Source: Candidatus Zixiibacteriota bacterium (GTDB taxonomy: Bacteria; Zixibacteria; MSB-5A5; GN15; FEB-12). From it: 64,000 nt of DNA. Position numbers and translations under genes: made by a program. The stretch spans positions 794,993 to 858,992 of the forward strand of contig JAGNLV010000001.1 of assembly GCA_017999435.1 (NCBI GenBank), given 5' to 3'. The notes beneath the pieces are model-generated. The model saw only the letters and a program-made list of their open reading frames with translations. It made no database searches and was not told the DNA's origin. Positions 41,145-53,704 of the stretch are shown piece after piece. How positions within the stretch are numbered: the first letter of the stretch is position 1; every line of letters begins with the position of its first letter.

Positions 41145-42701
41145 CTACGCCTCCCCCGCCCGCTGCGTCCGAAGGGCGAGCACGTCGGCGAACTGCCGGC
41201 GCAGTCCCAGCAGGCGCCCGAAGAGCACGTAGAGCGCCGCCACGGCAAGGCCCGAGAGGACAATTTTGATGAGCGCCGGCCCGCGCCCGCCCGCCGCCGC
41301 CCACTCCGGCAGCAACTGCTGGCCGAGACCGGCGAGCGCGGCCGCGGCGGCGCCGGCCGCCAGGATGCGGCCGAGCACGCCCAAGAATGCCGCCCGCCCC
41401 TCGCCCGCGATCCGGCGCACGGCGATGCCCAGGAGCAACACGGCGAACACCACCTCGGCCGCCGAGGTCGCGGCCGAGATCCCGCCGGGACCGAACAGGG
41501 CCGACAACCCCCAGGTGGCCGCCGCCTTCACCGCGAACACGGACACCGTCGCCCAGAACACTGCCCGCACCCAGCCGCCGGAATAGCAGGCCCGGATCGA
41601 GGTCGACACGATGAAGAGGGCGATCAGCGACGGCACGTAGGGCCGCAGCACGGCCGCGGTCGTCGCTGTCGACTGCGGATCGAACTCCCCGCGCTGCAGG
41701 AGCACGTAGATCACTTCGGGCGCGGTGATGAAAAGCGCCGCGGCGATCGGGACCGCGATCACCAGTGCCGCCGTCACCGTGCGCCGGTAGAGGAACCAGA
41801 ATTTCGCGCGGTCGGCCTCCCCCCGGTGGGCCGAGAACATCGGGAACACGACCGCCCCGAGCGCCCAGCCGATGATGGAATCGGGCAGCTGCACGATCAC
41901 CTGGCTGTAGTTGAGGGCCGAGATCACGCCCGGCCCGAACTGCGGCGCGAAGTAGCGGTCGATGAGGAAATAGCTCCGGTTGATCAGCTCAATGACGATG
42001 AGCGCCGAGGCCGTCGCGATCAGATACTTCGTCTCCTCGGTGATCATCTGCGGCCGGTACCCGCCGAACGCGTGCACGCGCACCAGGCGGGCCGCCAGCC
42101 AGACATTCTGCGCGAGCAGGCCGCCGATCCATCCGAGCGCGATCGCGCCGACCCCGAGCCGGCCCGCCAGGAGCACGATGCTGAGGATGGAGAACAGGTT
42201 GAAGACGATGTAGCCGGCCGCAGGGTGGGTGTAGACCCGCTTGACATTCAGGAAAGCGCGCATGAAGGCCTCGGCCACGCCGAGCACGACTACGACGGCG
42301 GTGACGCGGCTGTAGAAGGCGATGCGGTCGAATCCCTCGCCTACGTAGTCGACCGCCCACAGGCGGAGCAGCGCCGGTCCCGCCGCCGCCAGGAGGAGCG
42401 TCACCGCCAGTGCAGCCGCCGCGCCGGTGTTCACGAGCGGCCAGAAATCCGGCGGCCCCTCCGCCCCGGCGCGGGCCTGCAGCCGGCGAGTGAGATACGG
42501 AACGAAGAGGTAGTATCCGGCGTAGTTGAGGATCCCGTAGGCGAGAGCCGAGAACATGATCGCGATCAGGTAGAGGTCGTAGTCGGCGCTGGTGCCGAAG
42601 CGATGGGCGATCACCATCTCCCGCACGAAACCGAACACCCGCGACAGAAGGAGCACGCCGGCCACCCCGAACACCGCCCGCTGCATCGACCCGCCCGTCA
42701 T
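41145..42701 (-). CDS. MOP-superfamily flippase (MurJ/MviN-like, possibly Wzx-type)
   Basis: 518 aa with ~14 TM helices. N-terminus LLSRVFGFVREMVIAHRFGTSADYD resembles MurJ. Confidence 0.65.
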   Translation of the reverse strand: MTGGSMQRAVFGVAGVLLLSRVFGFVREMVIAHRFGTSADYDLYLIAIMFSALAYGILNYAGYYLFVPYLTRRLQARAGAEGPPDFWPLVNTGAAAALAVTLLLAAAGPALLRLWAVDYVGEGFDRIAFYSRVTAVVVVLGVAEAFMRAFLNVKRVYTHPAAGYIVFNLFSILSIVLLAGRLGVGAIALGWIGGLLAQNVWLAARLVRVHAFGGYRPQMITEETKYLIATASALIVIELINRSYFLIDRYFAPQFGPGVISALNYSQVIVQLPDSIIGWALGAVVFPMFSAHRGEADRAKFWFLYRRTVTAALVIAVPIAAALFITAPEVIYVLLQRGEFDPQSTATTAAVLRPYVPSLIALFIVSTSIRACYSGGWVRAVFWATVSVFAVKAAATWGLSALFGPGGISAATSAAEVVFAVLLLGIAVRRIAGEGRAAFLGVLGRILAAGAAAAALAGLGQQLLPEWAAAGGRGPALIKIVLSGLAVAALYVLFGRLLGLRRQFADVLALRTQRAGEA

Positions 42702-42789
42702 GCCGCCGCCTCCCGCCGCCTCGGCTGTTCCGCCTGATCCTGTGCCTGCGCGCTGGTCATAGGCCCTGTAGGGACCGCCCCGCCGGGCG

Positions 42790-43896
42790 CTAACCGAGGA
42801 TCCGCCTCACGGCCGCGATCACTTCCTGCTGCTCGGCCTCGGTCATTTCGCTGTAAATCGGAAGCGACAGCACCTCGTCCGCCGCCTTGCTCGAAACCGG
42901 GAAATCCCCCGGCCGGTAGCCGAGGTAGGCGAAACACTCCTGCTTGTGGAACGGCACCGGGTAGTAGATCTCGCAGCCGATTCCCGCCGCCTTGAGCTGC
43001 TCCATCACGCGGTCGCGGTTGGGGACGGCGATGGTGTACTGATTGAAAATATGGAACGTCGTGTACTCCTTCACCGCCGGCCTGCGAATCGCCTCGATCC
43101 CGGCGAAAGCCTCGTCATAGATGCGGGCGTGGGCGGCCCGCTCTTTCGACCAGGCCTCGAGGCGCGGCAGCTTCACCAGGAGGGCCGCCGCCTGGATGGT
43201 CGCCAGCCGCGAATTGTACCCGACCAGTTTATGGAAATACTTCGGCTCGGCCCCATGCACGCGCAGGATGCGCACGCGCTGGTCGTTCTCCGGCCGGTCG
43301 GTCACGATCATCCCGCCGTCGCCGATCGCCCCGAGATTCTTCGAGGGATAGAACGAGTAGCACCCGTAGTCGCCGAACGATCCGGCCGGCCGCCCCTTGT
43401 AGGCGGCGCCGATCGACTGCGCGGCGTCCTCGATCACCGCCAGACCGTGCCGCCGCGCGAGTGCACAGATCGGATCCATATCGGCCGGCTGCCCGAACAG
43501 GTGGACCGGCATGATGGCCTTGGTCCGGGGTGTGACGGCCGCTGCGATCAGGTCCGGGTCGATGTTGTAGGTATCGGGGTCGATGTCGACAAACACCGGC
43601 CGCGCGCCGAGGCGGGCAACGACGCCGGCGGTGGCGAAAAACGAAAAGTCGGTGGTGATCACTTCATCCCCCGGCCCCACCCCGCAGGCCCGCAGGGCCA
43701 GCAGGAGCGCGTCCGTGCCGGAGGCGACCCCGATCCCGAACCGGACGCCGCTCAGCGCCGCCACCGCCTTCTCCAGTTGCGCCACCTCGGGCCCGAGAAT
43801 GAACTGCCCCTGGGCCAGGACACGCAGCACCGCCTCGTCCATCTCCGCCTTGAGCGCCTGGTATTGCCGTTTTACGTCCAGCAGCGGTACCGCCAT
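42790..43896 (-). CDS. DegT/DnrJ/EryC1/StrS-family aminotransferase (WbpE/PglE-like)
   Basis: 368 aa. VPLLDVKRQY..., SGTDAL, DAAQS and SFYPSKNLGAIGDGG motifs. Confidence 0.85.
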   Translation of the reverse strand: MAVPLLDVKRQYQALKAEMDEAVLRVLAQGQFILGPEVAQLEKAVAALSGVRFGIGVASGTDALLLALRACGVGPGDEVITTDFSFFATAGVVARLGARPVFVDIDPDTYNIDPDLIAAAVTPRTKAIMPVHLFGQPADMDPICALARRHGLAVIEDAAQSIGAAYKGRPAGSFGDYGCYSFYPSKNLGAIGDGGMIVTDRPENDQRVRILRVHGAEPKYFHKLVGYNSRLATIQAAALLVKLPRLEAWSKERAAHARIYDEAFAGIEAIRRPAVKEYTTFHIFNQYTIAVPNRDRVMEQLKAAGIGCEIYYPVPFHKQECFAYLGYRPGDFPVSSKAADEVLSLPIYSEMTEAEQQEVIAAVRRILG

Positions 43897-43908
43897 AGTT
43901 CGTTCTCC

Positions 43909-44670
43909 TCACTCATCTTTCCAGCCCTGATTCTTCAGGAGCTGCTCTTCGGGAACATCCCGGAACACTTTGGCCGGCATGCCGACCACGATCTTGCCGT
44001 CGGGCACGTCGGCGGTGACGAGGGCGCCGGCACCGACCAGGGCGTCGGCCCCCACCGTCTTGCCGGGGAGGATGGTCGCGTGGACGCCGATGCGGCCTCC
44101 CGTCTTCACCGTCACGCCCTTGAAACGCTTGAACCGCTCCATCGTGCGCCCCACGAAATTGTCGTTGGAGGTCGCGGCGCAGGGGGCAACGAACACGCGG
44201 TCGCCGAGGGTCGAGTAGGCCGTGATGTACACGTTCGTCTCGAGCTTGCAGTAGGCGCCGATCTCGCACTGGTTTTCGATGGCCGCGCCGCGTCCGACAA
44301 TCGTGCGCCGTCCGACGGTCACGTTCTCCCGGATGGTCGCGAGATCCGCCACCAGCACCTGGGCGCCGAGGCGGGCCCCCCGGTAGATGACGACGTGGGT
44401 GCCAATGATGCAGCCGGCCGCGATCGTGCAGGGGGGCAGATCCTGCTCCCGGGTCACCGCCGAGTTGGCCGCGCGCATGGGACGCTTCCCCAGCACCGCG
44501 CCGTCGTCGATCCGCACGTTGTCGCCGACGGCCGTATCCTCGTGGATGACGACGTGGTGGCCGATCACGCAGCCCGCGCCGACCGTCGCCTGCGCCCCGA
44601 TGACGCAGAACCGGCCGATGTGCGCGGTGGGGTCAATCCTCGCCTCCGGCGAGATTTCCGAACTTGTCAT
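43909..44670 (-). CDS. left-handed beta-helix (hexapeptide-repeat) sugar N-acetyltransferase (WbpD/PglD-like)
   Basis: 253 aa of repeated [LIV]G..... hexapeptides (IGRFCVIGAQATVGAGCVIGHHVVI...). Confidence 0.75.
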   Translation of the reverse strand: MTSSEISPEARIDPTAHIGRFCVIGAQATVGAGCVIGHHVVIHEDTAVGDNVRIDDGAVLGKRPMRAANSAVTREQDLPPCTIAAGCIIGTHVVIYRGARLGAQVLVADLATIRENVTVGRRTIVGRGAAIENQCEIGAYCKLETNVYITAYSTLGDRVFVAPCAATSNDNFVGRTMERFKRFKGVTVKTGGRIGVHATILPGKTVGADALVGAGALVTADVPDGKIVVGMPAKVFRDVPEEQLLKNQGWKDE

Positions 44671-44741
44671 GGCCGTGTATCCTCAATTTTTCGTGTTCGA
44701 AAGACCGCGCGCCCGCACCGTCGGCGGCCCCGCCCGCGCGC

Positions 44742-45950
44742 TTATTCCGCCGGCCGCCGCTTCAGCCCGGGCAGCCAGCCGAACCACGCCTGCGCGAACA
44801 TCTGGACCCGCCGGTAATTCTCCGGGCTGGCCGTGCGCATGCGGTCCACATAGTCCACCGCCGCCGCCAGGAGAACCGCCGCGAGCACCGCCAGCGCAAA
44901 GGCCGCGAGCACAATAATGGACCGCTGCGGCCGGCTCTTGATCTCCGGCGGGACCGCCCGGTCCAGCACCGACAGAACCGGCTGCTTCTCCTGCTCCTGG
45001 TACTTCACTTCCTCGAGCTGCTCCAGGAGAATCCGGTAAATCGACTCCGCCACCCGCACCCGGCTGTAGAGCACTTCGTACTGCCCGCGGAGCGTCGGAA
45101 TGGCCGACACCGGGAGCGAGAAGAACGAGCTGTCGGGGTTGCTCCGCTCGAGCTGATCGAGACGGTCCTGGACAGTGGCCCGCCGGCGCTTCAGCTCCCT
45201 CAGGTCGGTGTTGTCGGCCCCCAGCGTCTGCTCCTTCATGGCGATGTCGATGTCGAGGGAGGCCAGGTCGCTCTTGAGCCGGGCCGCCTGGTCGATCGCC
45301 AACCGCGTCTGCTCATCGAAATCGATCGCCCGGTTGCGCATCTGGAACTCCCGGAACTGGGCGCGGGCGGAATCCAGCTCGACCTTCGCGACCGCCAGCC
45401 GTTCCTGCACGAACGTCCGGTTCTGCCGCACCCGCCCCGTCACAATCTCCCGGTTGATGCTATCGAGCACGTCGACGAAGGCGTTCGCAATCGCGGCCGC
45501 CCGCGCCGCGTTCCGGTCCTCCACCGAAATCTCCAGCAGTCCCTCCTCCGTCACCCGGAATCTCGCCCGGTCCATCAGCACGTCGTAGGTCTCGACGAAA
45601 TTGTCTTCCTTGTAGAGCGCCATGAGGTCGAAGCGTTCGACGATCTCCCGGGCGATCGTCCGGCTTTTCAGCATGCGCGCGTAGACATCCGACGGCGTCA
45701 CCATCACCGGCAGGTTCAAACCCTTCGTGACCGACACGACGTCCTCGAGGCGCCCCGCACCCGGCGTCGGCAGCGTGACGTCTTTCGGGGGCAACAGCAG
45801 CGCCGTCGCCCGGTACCACTTGGGCAGGGCGAAAGCGGTGATCACGGCCGCGAGCGTGGCCAAGAGGACGAAGGTCACGATGAACGTCCGGCGGCGCGCC
45901 AGCAGCTCCAGGAAAAGCCAGAAATTGTTCGCGGCGGCGCGGTCGTTCAT
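44742..45950 (-). CDS. polysaccharide chain-length determinant (Wzz/GumC-like PCP, no kinase domain)
   Basis: 402 aa. N-terminal TM, long coiled-coil periplasmic region, C-terminal TM, which is PCP topology. Confidence 0.6.
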   Translation of the reverse strand: MNDRAAANNFWLFLELLARRRTFIVTFVLLATLAAVITAFALPKWYRATALLLPPKDVTLPTPGAGRLEDVVSVTKGLNLPVMVTPSDVYARMLKSRTIAREIVERFDLMALYKEDNFVETYDVLMDRARFRVTEEGLLEISVEDRNAARAAAIANAFVDVLDSINREIVTGRVRQNRTFVQERLAVAKVELDSARAQFREFQMRNRAIDFDEQTRLAIDQAARLKSDLASLDIDIAMKEQTLGADNTDLRELKRRRATVQDRLDQLERSNPDSSFFSLPVSAIPTLRGQYEVLYSRVRVAESIYRILLEQLEEVKYQEQEKQPVLSVLDRAVPPEIKSRPQRSIIVLAAFALAVLAAVLLAAAVDYVDRMRTASPENYRRVQMFAQAWFGWLPGLKRRPAE

Positions 45951-47293
45951 CGGAATTCCTCCCGCAGCCGGACGATAACCTCGTCGCCGTCGTGGACGAC
46001 AACTTCCGCCGGATGCTCTTCGGTCAGCCGCGACACCCGGTGGAAGATCTCGACCATTTCGCGGTCGGCGCGCGGGAGAAACCCGCCGGCGGCCCTCACG
46101 TAGTCACGCGCCGTCCCGCCGACGCGGAACGGGAACATGCCCGGGTTGCGCACCTCGCCGCTCACTTTCACATAGCCGACCATCATCGGGACGAAGATCG
46201 AGTCGCCCGGCTGCAGCGTGAACGGCTGGACCGCGCCGTCGAGGGCAATGAGGTTGGCGATCGAATACCGCTCACCCGCACGCAGCGCGGCCTCGAGCGG
46301 GACTTGCCGAAAAACCGTGAGCTCCGAGCGCGCCGCGTCAGGCGCAAACCCTCCCGCCGCGTCCAGGATCTCGCTCAGCGCCCCCGAGGCGGACAGGAGG
46401 AACCGGCCCGGCCTCGCGACCGCTCCGTACACGGTCACCGGCGCGCCCTCGGCCAGCCGGGAGAGCGTCGGGACAAAAACAATGTCCTCCGCCTGGAGCG
46501 GCACACCGGCCGCCGGCAGGCGTTCCGAACCGCGGATGATCTGCACCGCCAAGGTGTCGGCCGAAGAGCGGAAGGGCCCGACGAGGGGGAGAATCTCGGC
46601 GACCGACTCTCCGTCGACGATCTCGATATCGCGGGGACGGTCCACCGCTCCGACGACGTTGACGACGCGGGCGGATTTCGCCGGCACGATCACCGTGTAC
46701 CCGGCGTAGAGCGGCGGATTCCACCGCTCGTCGCCCAGGAGCGCGCGGTCCAGGTCGACGCGGATCTCCCGGGGACCGCCCAGGAGCCGGATCAGCCGCC
46801 GCGAGCCGCTCGGACTAAGGCCGCCGGCCGAGTCGATCACCTCCGAGACGCGCTGCGACGTATAGACCGTGTAGAGCCCCGGCGACTGCACGGCGCCGCT
46901 GACCTGGATAGCCACGCGGCGGGGCGCGAGAACTGAGATGTCGATCGAGTCGGCCTGGTACAGGGACGAGAGCGCTTTCACGAGCGCCACCCGGGCCTCC
47001 GCGAGCGTCGCGCCCCTCAGATCGAACGACCCGAGCGTGGGATGCACGATTCTCCCCTCCGGATTGACCCGCACTGTCAGCGGAGCCAGCGCCGTCCCGA
47101 GAAAAGTCACCTGCAGCCGTTCATCCGGCCGCAGCAGATAGCGCTCCGGGTCGATGGGCATGTCGAAAAAGCGGTAGCCGCCGGCACCGACGGAATCGGC
47201 CCGGTCGGGCTGGGCGATCGCAGCCGCCGCCGTCACCATCAGCACCGCCAGTATGGTGGACACAAGACGCATGATTCCGAACACTCCGCACAA
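45947..47293 (-). CDS. polysaccharide export protein (Wza-like, SLBB/PES domains)
   Basis: 448 aa. Signal peptide. Repeated beta-rich soluble-ligand-binding-like modules. ATGA overlap with the Wzz start. Confidence 0.6.
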   Translation of the reverse strand: MCGVFGIMRLVSTILAVLMVTAAAAIAQPDRADSVGAGGYRFFDMPIDPERYLLRPDERLQVTFLGTALAPLTVRVNPEGRIVHPTLGSFDLRGATLAEARVALVKALSSLYQADSIDISVLAPRRVAIQVSGAVQSPGLYTVYTSQRVSEVIDSAGGLSPSGSRRLIRLLGGPREIRVDLDRALLGDERWNPPLYAGYTVIVPAKSARVVNVVGAVDRPRDIEIVDGESVAEILPLVGPFRSSADTLAVQIIRGSERLPAAGVPLQAEDIVFVPTLSRLAEGAPVTVYGAVARPGRFLLSASGALSEILDAAGGFAPDAARSELTVFRQVPLEAALRAGERYSIANLIALDGAVQPFTLQPGDSIFVPMMVGYVKVSGEVRNPGMFPFRVGGTARDYVRAAGGFLPRADREMVEIFHRVSRLTEEHPAEVVVHDGDEVIVRLREEFR

Positions 47294-47374
47294 GGTGTGA
47301 GCGCAGGGTTAACCCCGTCGCTGCATCCGCCAAGGATAACCCACGCCCAAGGCGAAGTCAACGGCTATCCGAAT

Positions 47375-49096
47375 CTACAGATTCGCCCCGCGCCCCGGGC
47401 GGCCGAAGAGGCGCCGGCGCCACAGAACCATCCCGCCCAGCGTCAAAAGCGAAATGACCGCCCCGTGAGAGAAGTAGGGCGTTCGGTAGACCAGGACAAC
47501 CGTCTGCCGTCCCGGCGTGACCGGGAATGCGATCAGTCCCTGATTCTCCGTGATTGTCCGGCCGTCGGTCGCGCGCCAGCCCGGATCGTAGCCCATCCCG
47601 ATCACCAGTTCCCCGCCGTGGCCGCCGCCGTTGAGAGTGTAAGTGATTCGATTCGGGGTGTAGTCCCGAACGTAGACTTTCGCCTCCCCGCCCGAGAATA
47701 GCTCCGAATACACTATGCCGGGGCCGACCAGCCCCCGGCTGGGATGGTAGGCCGAGAGCCACGGCGACACGAGCGAGCCCCGGTTGGCGAGGTAGTTTTC
47801 GAACGCGTGCGGCTCGGCGTCGACCACCTGGCGGAACTCCGGAGATCGATCCACGTGTTTCGGCGGCTTCCGAAACCCCTCGGACATGATCGGCCAGGCC
47901 AGCGCCAGGTTGGTGGCCGCGATGAGCAGCCCGGCCGCGACCACGGCTCCCCGCAGCCACCCTCCCCGGGCCGCCGCCCGGGCCCGGTCCTCCCAACAGC
48001 CCAGGCCCAGTCCGCCGAGCACAGCCGCTCCGAGGATGACGAAGTGCATGGCGCGGCCGGTGGCGCGCAGCGACTCGAACCCGGGCAAACCGGTGAGCAG
48101 CGCCCAGGGCGACCACGGAGCGAAGTTACCCAGTCCGAGGAGCAGGAAAAAGGCAATGAACACCACCCAGGGCCAATGCCGCCGGAACCGCGCCACGGCG
48201 GCGTACGCTCCCGCGGCCACAAGCAGCGGCGACACGTAGACGCCGTATTCATGCCAGGCCCATTTCTGGCCGGCGAAATTCTGCACGAACAGCGAGTGCT
48301 TCAAACCAAAAAACATCGCCGGCAGCGCCGACCACGGGATCGCCTCCGCCGGGTCGCCCGTCCAGCGGTTCTGGGCAAGGTACGCGATCATCGGGAGAAC
48401 CTTCACCGCCGCGAGGGCCAGCGCGAGGCCGACCGCCAGGAGAAACACCCGGGCCTCGGCCGGCGAGCGCCGCTGCGCCGCCCGCAACGCCAGCAGCAGA
48501 GCGGTCGCCAGCAGCGTGTACAGAAGCGGCACGGCCGCGCCGTTGCCGAGGATCATGAGCGCCAATGCGACGACCGCCCCCAAGAGGTTGCGGCGATCTT
48601 CCGCTCCCTTGAGGACAAAGTGCACAAACCACGGCAGAAAAGCGTAGTGCGTGAACGGCATGTGCCCCTCGGCAAAATGGAGCGCGAAATGCACCGACCC
48701 GAAATACGCGACGGCGGCCACGACAGTGCTGCCCCGGGGCATCCCCAGCGTGCGAAAGAGCCGCAGGCTCCCCCAAAATCCGAGGAAGTACGCGATCAGC
48801 ACCTGGAGTTTCAGCCCGACCACCGGCCCGCACAGAAAATACAGCAGCACAAAGGGCGACAGAACCGCGACCTCGGGATGATGAAAGAGGATATTCCCCC
48901 CGCCGAGATAGGGATTCCAGAAGGGGAACTGGCCGTAGTGAAGGACGGTCCCCACCGGAACAGCGGCAATGGTGGTGAACAAGTCCCAGTCCCGCACCCC
49001 CCACCACGTCAGCTTCAAAAGGAATGGCAGCGCGTAGTACAACGCCAGGACGGCCGAGAGACCAACAGTCGCAACTTTGGGCTTTCGCAGGTCCAT
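47375..49096 (-). CDS. polytopic membrane protein, putative GT-C-type glycosyltransferase/polymerase
   Basis: 573 aa. ~12 TM helices, then a ~170-aa C-terminal soluble domain. Located in the polysaccharide locus. Confidence 0.4.
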   Translation of the reverse strand: MDLRKPKVATVGLSAVLALYYALPFLLKLTWWGVRDWDLFTTIAAVPVGTVLHYGQFPFWNPYLGGGNILFHHPEVAVLSPFVLLYFLCGPVVGLKLQVLIAYFLGFWGSLRLFRTLGMPRGSTVVAAVAYFGSVHFALHFAEGHMPFTHYAFLPWFVHFVLKGAEDRRNLLGAVVALALMILGNGAAVPLLYTLLATALLLALRAAQRRSPAEARVFLLAVGLALALAAVKVLPMIAYLAQNRWTGDPAEAIPWSALPAMFFGLKHSLFVQNFAGQKWAWHEYGVYVSPLLVAAGAYAAVARFRRHWPWVVFIAFFLLLGLGNFAPWSPWALLTGLPGFESLRATGRAMHFVILGAAVLGGLGLGCWEDRARAAARGGWLRGAVVAAGLLIAATNLALAWPIMSEGFRKPPKHVDRSPEFRQVVDAEPHAFENYLANRGSLVSPWLSAYHPSRGLVGPGIVYSELFSGGEAKVYVRDYTPNRITYTLNGGGHGGELVIGMGYDPGWRATDGRTITENQGLIAFPVTPGRQTVVLVYRTPYFSHGAVISLLTLGGMVLWRRRLFGRPGRGANL

Positions 49097-49233
49097 CCGG
49101 GATGCTACTTTCCATCCTGTCCGGTATCGGCCGGCGCCGCCGGCGTCGGTCGCGCCGGGAGAGTCCGAAGAGCCGCGATCCGCGGCCGGAGATCCGCGCC
49201 GGCCCCGCCGGGTCGCGCGAACGGAACAACTTA

Positions 49234-50346
49234 ATGAATTTCGCCCGCCTGCGCAGTAAAAGTTTCCTCGTCCCGACCGCCGTGACTTTCCTCTTCCTCG
49301 CGGTCGTCCTCGCGCTTCTCGGGACGGGGGAGCGCAAGTACGCGCCGCTGGCGCGCACGCTGATCCAGTGGGACGGCCGGCACTATCTGTCGATAGCGGA
49401 GACCGGGTACGAGAAATTTCCCTGCCCGGAGGATCCCTCGCTCGTGTGCGGCAATGTCGGGTGGTTCCCGCTGTTTCCGCTGGCGGCGCGGGTGGTGAGT
49501 GTTGCGCTCGGCCCGCTCGGCCTCGGCATGGCCTGGTCGATGCTGATCACCGGGTGGCTCTGCCTCTGGGCGGCGATGCTCCTGCTGTACCGCCTGTTCG
49601 CCCGGCGTTTCGACCACACCGTCGCCGCCGGGTCGCTGGCCGCCCTCGCGCTCTTCCCCACCTCGTTCTACTACCTCACCGCCTTCCCCTATGCCCTGTA
49701 CCTGCTGCTGGCCGCCGCCGTCTTCCTCCTTGTGGAGAAGGAGCGCTACTTCGCGGCGGCGGCGCCGGCCGGACTGCTGGCGATCACCTACCCCACCGGG
49801 GTCGCGATCATCCTCCCCCTGCTGTGGGTTCTCGTCTCACGCTGGCGAGGGCTTACGCCCCGCGACCGGGCCGGCCTGCGAACCGCCTCCGCCGCGGTCG
49901 TGCTCGCCCTGATCCTCTACGCGCTCTACTACCGGCTGGCTTTCGGCGACTTCTTCCTCTATGTGCACTTTCAGTCCAAGCCGTACTACGCCCACGGGGC
50001 GACCGTACCGCTGCTCCCGATCCTCGATGCGGTCGTGCACCTGCCCGGCGCCCACCCGGTCCGTGTCATGCTGATTTTCGTCGCCGCCGCGCTCGCGCTC
50101 TTCTCCACGCGCCGGATCCCGGCCGCCTGGCAGGTTTTCCTGTGGGGCGTGCTGCTGTTCACTCCGGCCGCGGGGACGACTGCCTGCTACTATCGCCACG
50201 TCGTGGTCGCGTTTCCGCTGTTTGCGATGGTCGGGTTGTCGCTGCGCTCGCGCCGCCGCCCGCTGGCGGTCCTCTACGCCGCCGCCGCCCTGGCGCTCAT
50301 GCTGGGGGTCTTCCTCGACGCCTACAAACGCGGCGTCCTGATGTGA
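49234..50346 (+). CDS. GT-C family membrane glycosyltransferase (PIG-V/DUF2029-like putative mannosyltransferase)
   Basis: Trimmed to MNFARLRS (ATG 49234). Polytopic. WDGRHYLSIAETGY motif near the first periplasmic loop. Confidence 0.4.
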   Translation: MNFARLRSKSFLVPTAVTFLFLAVVLALLGTGERKYAPLARTLIQWDGRHYLSIAETGYEKFPCPEDPSLVCGNVGWFPLFPLAARVVSVALGPLGLGMAWSMLITGWLCLWAAMLLLYRLFARRFDHTVAAGSLAALALFPTSFYYLTAFPYALYLLLAAAVFLLVEKERYFAAAAPAGLLAITYPTGVAIILPLLWVLVSRWRGLTPRDRAGLRTASAAVVLALILYALYYRLAFGDFFLYVHFQSKPYYAHGATVPLLPILDAVVHLPGAHPVRVMLIFVAAALALFSTRRIPAAWQVFLWGVLLFTPAAGTTACYYRHVVVAFPLFAMVGLSLRSRRRPLAVLYAAAALALMLGVFLDAYKRGVLM

Positions 50347-50372
50347 CCGCCGGGCCGAACCCCGCGCCGCCC

Positions 50373-50861
50373 CTACTGCACCCGCCTCAGCCGGAACGTG
50401 TAGCGCATGATGTCGGTGACGGTGGTGTTGTTGATGTGAATCTCGTAGGCGATGTCTTTCGGCCCGATGAAGAGGCTGTCCCCCCGGAACACGGTCGGGA
50501 GTTCCCCTCGCGGGACGCGGATCGAATCGCAGTTGCCCGCGCCGAAAGTCCCCGTGGGAGCCAGCGTGAGCGCGTTCGTCCCGAACGACCGCACCGTCCC
50601 CCGCGTGTGGCAGAGGTGAAAATCCGTCTCGTCCTCCAGCAGCAGCTCGTAGAGTGTGCCCTCGACCGTGAACGTCACCATGGTGGAGTCCGGGTAGATC
50701 TCCATGGGACCCGAGGCGAAATCCGGCTCCATCACCATCATCCCCGTGTACACTTCCGGAGGCGCGAGCGCCTGCCGGTCCTCTTTGCACCCCCCCGCCA
50801 GGGCCGCCGCCGCCAGCAGCAGGATCAATGGCCGGAAACGCGCCTTCCCCGCTCTCGACAT
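50373..50861 (-). CDS. lipoprotein (hypothetical)
   Basis: Trimmed to MSRAGKARFRPLILLLAAAALAGGCKE (lipobox LAGGC). About 160 aa, beta-rich. Confidence 0.45.
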   Translation of the reverse strand: MSRAGKARFRPLILLLAAAALAGGCKEDRQALAPPEVYTGMMVMEPDFASGPMEIYPDSTMVTFTVEGTLYELLLEDETDFHLCHTRGTVRSFGTNALTLAPTGTFGAGNCDSIRVPRGELPTVFRGDSLFIGPKDIAYEIHINNTTVTDIMRYTFRLRRVQ

Positions 50862-50889
50862 CCTCGGTCCTCCTCCCACCCGCGCGTCG

Positions 50890-53303
<2,414 letters not shown>

Positions 53304-53704
53304 TTGATCCTCCCCGGCCGGATCACCCGGTTCCTCCGGCCGCCAATCTCCCTGGCCGACGTCCATCGTGAGACCCGGGCTACCGACGTTTATCATATTC
53401 TGCAACAAGGGATTAGCGGCATGACGACCTGCCCCCAAGGCATGGCGCGACCACCGCGCTCCGAGCCGCTGAAACGGGGATTCTATGGTCAGGGGAGTGG
53501 GAGTTTTCGGTCGGGGGGGCCGTGCTCCGCGGCCGATCTGGATGCTGTCGAGCGGCATGAGCGATGATACGGCGGCGCCCGCGGCCTGTCAAGGTTTTTG
53601 CCGCCCGCGCCCGTCCCCCGGGCTCCACCCTGCCCTAAAGTTCCTCCTCCCCGGGGCCGATACCTCTAGCAGATGATTCAAGTTGAAACAAGGATGTCCC
53701 AAAG

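Noticed and set aside
39843-42737. 964-aa plus-strand ORF
   Set aside because: Antisense to GT4 and the MurJ-like gene. Arg/His/Pro/Glu low-complexity translation.
53443-53460. Sigma-54-like TGGCGC-N-CCGC element upstream of the pseudo-two-component module
   Set aside because: GG-N10-GC spacing is right, but the -12 element lacks TTGC and it lies 240 nt from the ATG. Too weak to call.
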